Source: Candidatus Rokubacteria bacterium 13_1_40CM_69_27
GTDB lineage: Bacteria > Methylomirabilota > Methylomirabilia > Rokubacteriales > CSP1-6
Reading direction: 5' to 3'
Length of the DNA stretch: 64,000 nucleotides
Assembly (NCBI GenBank): GCA_001917535.1
Contig: MNEF01000098.1
Coordinates: 45,241 to 109,240 of the forward strand
Part shown: in pieces, positions 61,233-64,000 of the stretch
Layout of the letters: each line of letters begins with the position of its first letter
Position numbering within the stretch: the first letter of the stretch is position 1
Position numbers and translations under genes: made by a program
Notes under the pieces: model-generated
What the model saw: the letters and a program-made list of their open reading frames with translations, nothing else
Database searches by the model: none
What the model was told of the DNA's origin: nothing

Positions 61233-62848
61233 CGCGAGCGGCGCTGACCGACGGTGACTACGACGTCGTCATCATCGGCGGCGGCATGGCGGGCGCCGGC
61301 GCCGCCCGCGACCTCGCGCTGCGGGGTGCGGCGGTGGCGCTGTTGGACAAGGGCGACTTCGCCTCCGGCACCACCTCCCGCTCGTCGAAGCTGATCCACG
61401 GCGGGCTGCGCTACCTCGAGCTCTTCGACGTCGCCCTGGTCCGCGAGTCGCTGCGCGAGCGGGAGACCCTCCGGCGGCTGGCGCCGCACCTCGTCCGACC
61501 GCTGCCGTTCCTGGTGCCCGTCTACCGCGATTCGTCGCGCAGCCTCATCAAGGTCCGGATCGGGCTCACGCTCTACGACTGGCTCACGCCGGGGCGGGAC
61601 CGCGAGCGCTACCGCGTGCTGCGCCCCGTCGACGCGCTGAGCCTGGAGCCGGGGATCCGCGCGGAGGATCTCAAGGGGGCGGGCTACTACTTCGACGACC
61701 TGCTGGTGTTCCCCGAGCGGCTCTGCCTGGAGAACGTGCTCTCGGCCTGCCGGCACGGCGCCCGCGCCTTCAACTACGCCGACGTCGAAGAGGTCGTTCG
61801 GGACCCGCGCGGGCGCATCCGGGGCGTGCGGGCCCGCGACCTCCTCACCGGCCGGGTGGTGACGTTCGGCGCCCGCGTCGTCGTCAACGCCACGGGGCCG
61901 TGGGTCGATCTGATCCGCGAGCGAGCGCGCATCGCCGACCGGGGGCGGCAGATCGTGCGGCGGACCAAGGGCGTCCACTGCCTGCTGCCCCGACTCACCG
62001 ACCGCGCCGTCTATCACGGCACCAGCGACGACCGGATGATCTTCGTGATCCCCTGGCGCGACTTCTCCCTGGTGGGCACCACCGACACCGACTTCGACGG
62101 CGACCTCGATCGCCTCTTCGCCACGCGCCAGGAGGTCACCTATCTCCTCCAGGAGGTCCGCAAGGCGGTGCCCGATCGGCGCGTGGTTCCGGAGGAGGTG
62201 GCGTACACGTACGCCGGCGTGCGACCGCTCTCGTTCGAGGAGGGCAAGCGCGCGTCGGACGTGTCGCGAGCGCACCGGGTGGTGGTCGAGGCGGGCGGCG
62301 ACTTCCTCTCGGTCACGGGGACGAAGCTGACCTGCTACCGCAGCCTGGCCGCCGCGCTGGGGGATCGCGTGATGCAGAGGCTGGGGCGCCGCGCGCCCAG
62401 CCGCACCGACCGCCTGACGCTGGACGGCGCCGACGAGCCGCCGGGGCGCGTCGAGGCGCGCGCCTGGCTCGACGTCTCGCCGGAGGTGGCGGCCTCCGGG
62501 CTCAGCCGCGAGACGCTGGAGACGCTCGTCGCCACCTACGGCCGCACCTACCGCCGGGTGATCGAGCTGGCGGGCAAGGTGCCGGGCGGCGCCGAGCGGC
62601 TCTGCCCGCAGAATCCGGAGATCGTCGCCCAGCTCCACCACGCGGTGCAGGAGGAGTTGGCGGTGTCGCTCCAGGACGCGCTGCTGCGCCGCACCGGCAT
62701 CGGCACCAGCGGGTGCCAGGGGCTCGACTGTGCCGAAGCCATCGGCCGACGGATGGCGCAGCTCGCCGGCTGGACCCCGCGCCGGCTCCAGGCGGAGCTG
62801 GACGCCTGGGAGGCGCACGTGGCGCGCTCCCAGCGCTTCAAGGCGTGA
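61229..62848 (+). CDS. glpD: FAD-dependent glycerol-3-phosphate dehydrogenase
   Basis: The ATG at 61229 overlaps the HAD stop (ATGA). It reads YDVVIIGGGMAGAGAARDLALRG...SSKLIHGGLRYLE. The tracked N-terminal extension is rejected. Confidence 0.85.
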   Translation: MTRAALTDGDYDVVIIGGGMAGAGAARDLALRGAAVALLDKGDFASGTTSRSSKLIHGGLRYLELFDVALVRESLRERETLRRLAPHLVRPLPFLVPVYRDSSRSLIKVRIGLTLYDWLTPGRDRERYRVLRPVDALSLEPGIRAEDLKGAGYYFDDLLVFPERLCLENVLSACRHGARAFNYADVEEVVRDPRGRIRGVRARDLLTGRVVTFGARVVVNATGPWVDLIRERARIADRGRQIVRRTKGVHCLLPRLTDRAVYHGTSDDRMIFVIPWRDFSLVGTTDTDFDGDLDRLFATRQEVTYLLQEVRKAVPDRRVVPEEVAYTYAGVRPLSFEEGKRASDVSRAHRVVVEAGGDFLSVTGTKLTCYRSLAAALGDRVMQRLGRRAPSRTDRLTLDGADEPPGRVEARAWLDVSPEVAASGLSRETLETLVATYGRTYRRVIELAGKVPGGAERLCPQNPEIVAQLHHAVQEELAVSLQDALLRRTGIGTSGCQGLDCAEAIGRRMAQLAGWTPRRLQAELDAWEAHVARSQRFKA

Positions 62849-63402
62849 CGTCCCGCCGCGTCGTCGTCGGCTCCGTGGCGCTGCTCGCCACCGCATTCGC
62901 CGCGCCGCTGGCCGCGGTGTCAGACGAAGAGGTGAAGACGATCTCCACGCGGCCGGGTGTGACGCAGTCGTTTCTCCTCCTGCCTCCGGCCGCGCCCCCG
63001 CTGGCCAGCGTCATCCTCTTCACCGCCACGTTCCTGTTCCGGCAGTTCTACCTGACGGTCCCCGACGAGCCGGCCGAGGCGGCGCAGCTGGACGGCGTCG
63101 GACCCCTGCGGTTCCTCTGGTCGTTCCTCCTCCCGCTGTCATGGACGAACGTCGCCGCCCTCTTCGTGGTTCTCTTCATCTACGGCTGGAACCAGTACCT
63201 CTGGCCCCTCATGATCACCAACACCGAGGCCATGCGCGTCGTCGTCATCGGCCTGCAAGACCTCATTCCGCGGACGGGGACGCACGTCCCCGGGTGGAAC
63301 ATCATGATGGCCGCCGCCATGGTGGCGCTCCTGCCGCCGGTGGCGGTGATCCTCCTCATGCAGCGCTGGTTCGTGAAGGGCCTCGTCGGGAGCGAGAAGT
63401 AG
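62845..63402 (+). pseudogene. ugpE: C-terminal remnant of sn-glycerol-3-phosphate ABC permease UgpE fused to an unrelated signal-peptide-like leader
   Basis: Only about 130 aa match the UgpE/MalG C-terminal half (FRQFYLTVPDEPAEAAQLDGVGPLRFLWSFLLPLSW...WNQYLWPLMITNTEAMRVVVIGL...MAAAMVALLPPVAVILLMQRWFVKGL, an EAA loop with the last 2-3 TM helices). The N-terminal 60 aa (VTSRRVVVGSVALLATAFAAPLAAVSDEEVKTIS) is not UgpE-like. Confidence 0.45.
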
Positions 63403-64000
63403 ATGCCCCGGTTCGTCGTGCACCGGGGCGGGGCGGCCCTCTGGCCCGAGAACAGCCTGCTGGCCTTCCGCAACGCCATCGCGCTCGGCGCCCGGCTCCT
63501 GGAGTTCGACGTCCACCGCACGGCCGACGGTGAGGCCGCGGTGATCCATGACCCGACGCTGGACCGGACGACGAACGGCTCCGGCCCGGTGGCGGCGCGC
63601 ACGGCGGCCGAGTTGCGCGGCGTGCGGCTCAAGGGGCTCGATGGCGCGCTCACCGACGAATGGGTGCCGACGATCGATGAGGTGCTGGCCCTGGCCGGGC
63701 CGGCGGGCGTGACGCTCCTGGTCGAGATCAAGACGCCGGGCCCGGCCGTGCGCTACGAGCGCCGGGGCGACCGCGTCAGGGTCGTTCCGGGCCCACGCTA
63801 CGAAGAGCTGGAGAAAAAGATCGTCGGAGCGCTCCGGACGGCGGGCGTCGCCGACCGCGCCTACGTCATGGCCTTCAACCCCGCCGTGCTCGCGGAGATC
63901 CGCGCGCTGGCGCCGCGGCAGCCCACGGCGCTGCTGGTGGACCGCCAGCACCTCGAGGGAGCGGGCGTGCCGGCGGCGGAAGCGGTGGTCTGGGCCACGG
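63403..64000 (+). CDS. ugpQ: Glycerophosphodiester phosphodiesterase (partial; the 3' end lies beyond the window)
   Basis: The ATG is at 63403. It reads MPRFVVHRGGAALWPENSLLAFRNAIALGARLLEFDVHRTADGEAAVIHDPTLDRTTNG, the GDPD catalytic motifs. There is no stop inside the window. Confidence 0.7.
   Translation, partial: MPRFVVHRGGAALWPENSLLAFRNAIALGARLLEFDVHRTADGEAAVIHDPTLDRTTNGSGPVAARTAAELRGVRLKGLDGALTDEWVPTIDEVLALAGPAGVTLLVEIKTPGPAVRYERRGDRVRVVPGPRYEELEKKIVGALRTAGVADRAYVMAFNPAVLAEIRALAPRQPTALLVDRQHLEGAGVPAAEAVVWAT

Noticed and set aside
1-64000. CRISPR arrays, tRNA or rRNA genes, and integrase/transposase genes
   Set aside because: Scanning intergenic regions shows no regularly spaced direct repeats with unique spacers, no tRNA-like cloverleaf segments and no recombinase homologues. 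The only repeats are the two short GC-rich families described.

Overview
This is a 64 kb window from a high-GC (about 70%) bacterial chromosome with no rRNA, tRNA or CRISPR array recognisable by eye. It is densely packed with metabolic genes. Many of the long ORFs in the six-frame track are arginine-rich antisense artefacts of the GC-rich codon bias. The genes I can support, in order:

- **1-8.5 kb, minus strand:** one long operon of acyl-CoA dehydrogenase (partial), enoyl-CoA hydratase, family III CoA-transferase, MetE-like methyltransferase, livF, a livM-livG fusion, livH, and a Tat-exported Liv-type binding protein. Successive genes overlap by 4 nt (GTGA/ATGA).
- **8.6-10.9 kb, plus:** an unusual four-domain signalling protein (MBL-fold hydrolase, receiver, cNMP-binding, GGDEF).
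- **11-18.4 kb, minus:** a methylcitrate-cycle operon of prpC, an aconitase-family dehydratase and prpF, followed by a hypothetical, a PlsC-like acyltransferase, a gene fragment and another enoyl-CoA hydratase.
- **18.4-23.9 kb:** assorted oxidoreductases (luciferase-like monooxygenase, SDR, a Tat-signal metal-dependent hydrolase, a TPP enzyme).
- **23.9-27.5 kb, plus:** hemE-hemH-hemY.
- **27.4-31.3 kb:** a DUF523/DUF1722 YbgA-like protein, a YbaK-type deacylase, an Ldh2-family dehydrogenase and an APC permease.
- **31.5-35.4 kb:** a ferredoxin-like protein, a BadF-type ATPase, mlaC and a sodium:solute symporter.
- **35.5-36.4 kb:** a J-domain protein and a receiver-domain remnant.
- **36.4-41.4 kb:** a MurNAc/GlcNAc recycling cluster (nagZ, namZ, murQ) with two small envelope proteins between them.
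- **42.1-46.7 kb:** an IlvD/EDD dehydratase, an SDR, an acyl-CoA dehydrogenase and an enoyl-CoA hydratase.
- **46.8-47.7 kb:** a two-gene island with lower GC.
- **47.8-49.6 kb, minus:** a DJ-1/PfpI protein, a VIT-family transporter and a gamma-carbonic anhydrase.
- **49.7-52.7 kb, plus:** a type III polyketide synthase, a methyltransferase and an FAD-dependent oxidoreductase in an srsABC-like arrangement, then an RraA-family protein.
- **53.5-59.9 kb:** an M23 peptidase and nuoL-nuoM-nuoN.
- **60.0-64.0 kb:** a truncated CoA-transferase, a HAD IIA phosphatase, glpD, a ugpE remnant and ugpQ (partial).

Two things stand out beyond the gene list.

- **Repeat families.** A family of about 30-45 bp GC-rich palindromic REP-like elements (core TCGGAGGGGGCC-N5-GGCCCCCTCCGA) sits mostly at convergent gene ends. 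In livM-livG three tandem 36-bp units are inserted in frame, creating a 12-aa repeat linker. A second direct-repeat family (GCTCGCCTCGGGCGCAGGGG) occurs inside the plsC-like gene as an in-frame insertion and again at the truncation point of the CoA-transferase fragment.
- **Gene fragments.** Several remnants (creatininase N-terminus, PAP2 C-terminus, CoA-transferase C-terminus, UgpE C-terminus, a receiver-domain half) suggest local rearrangement or decay.
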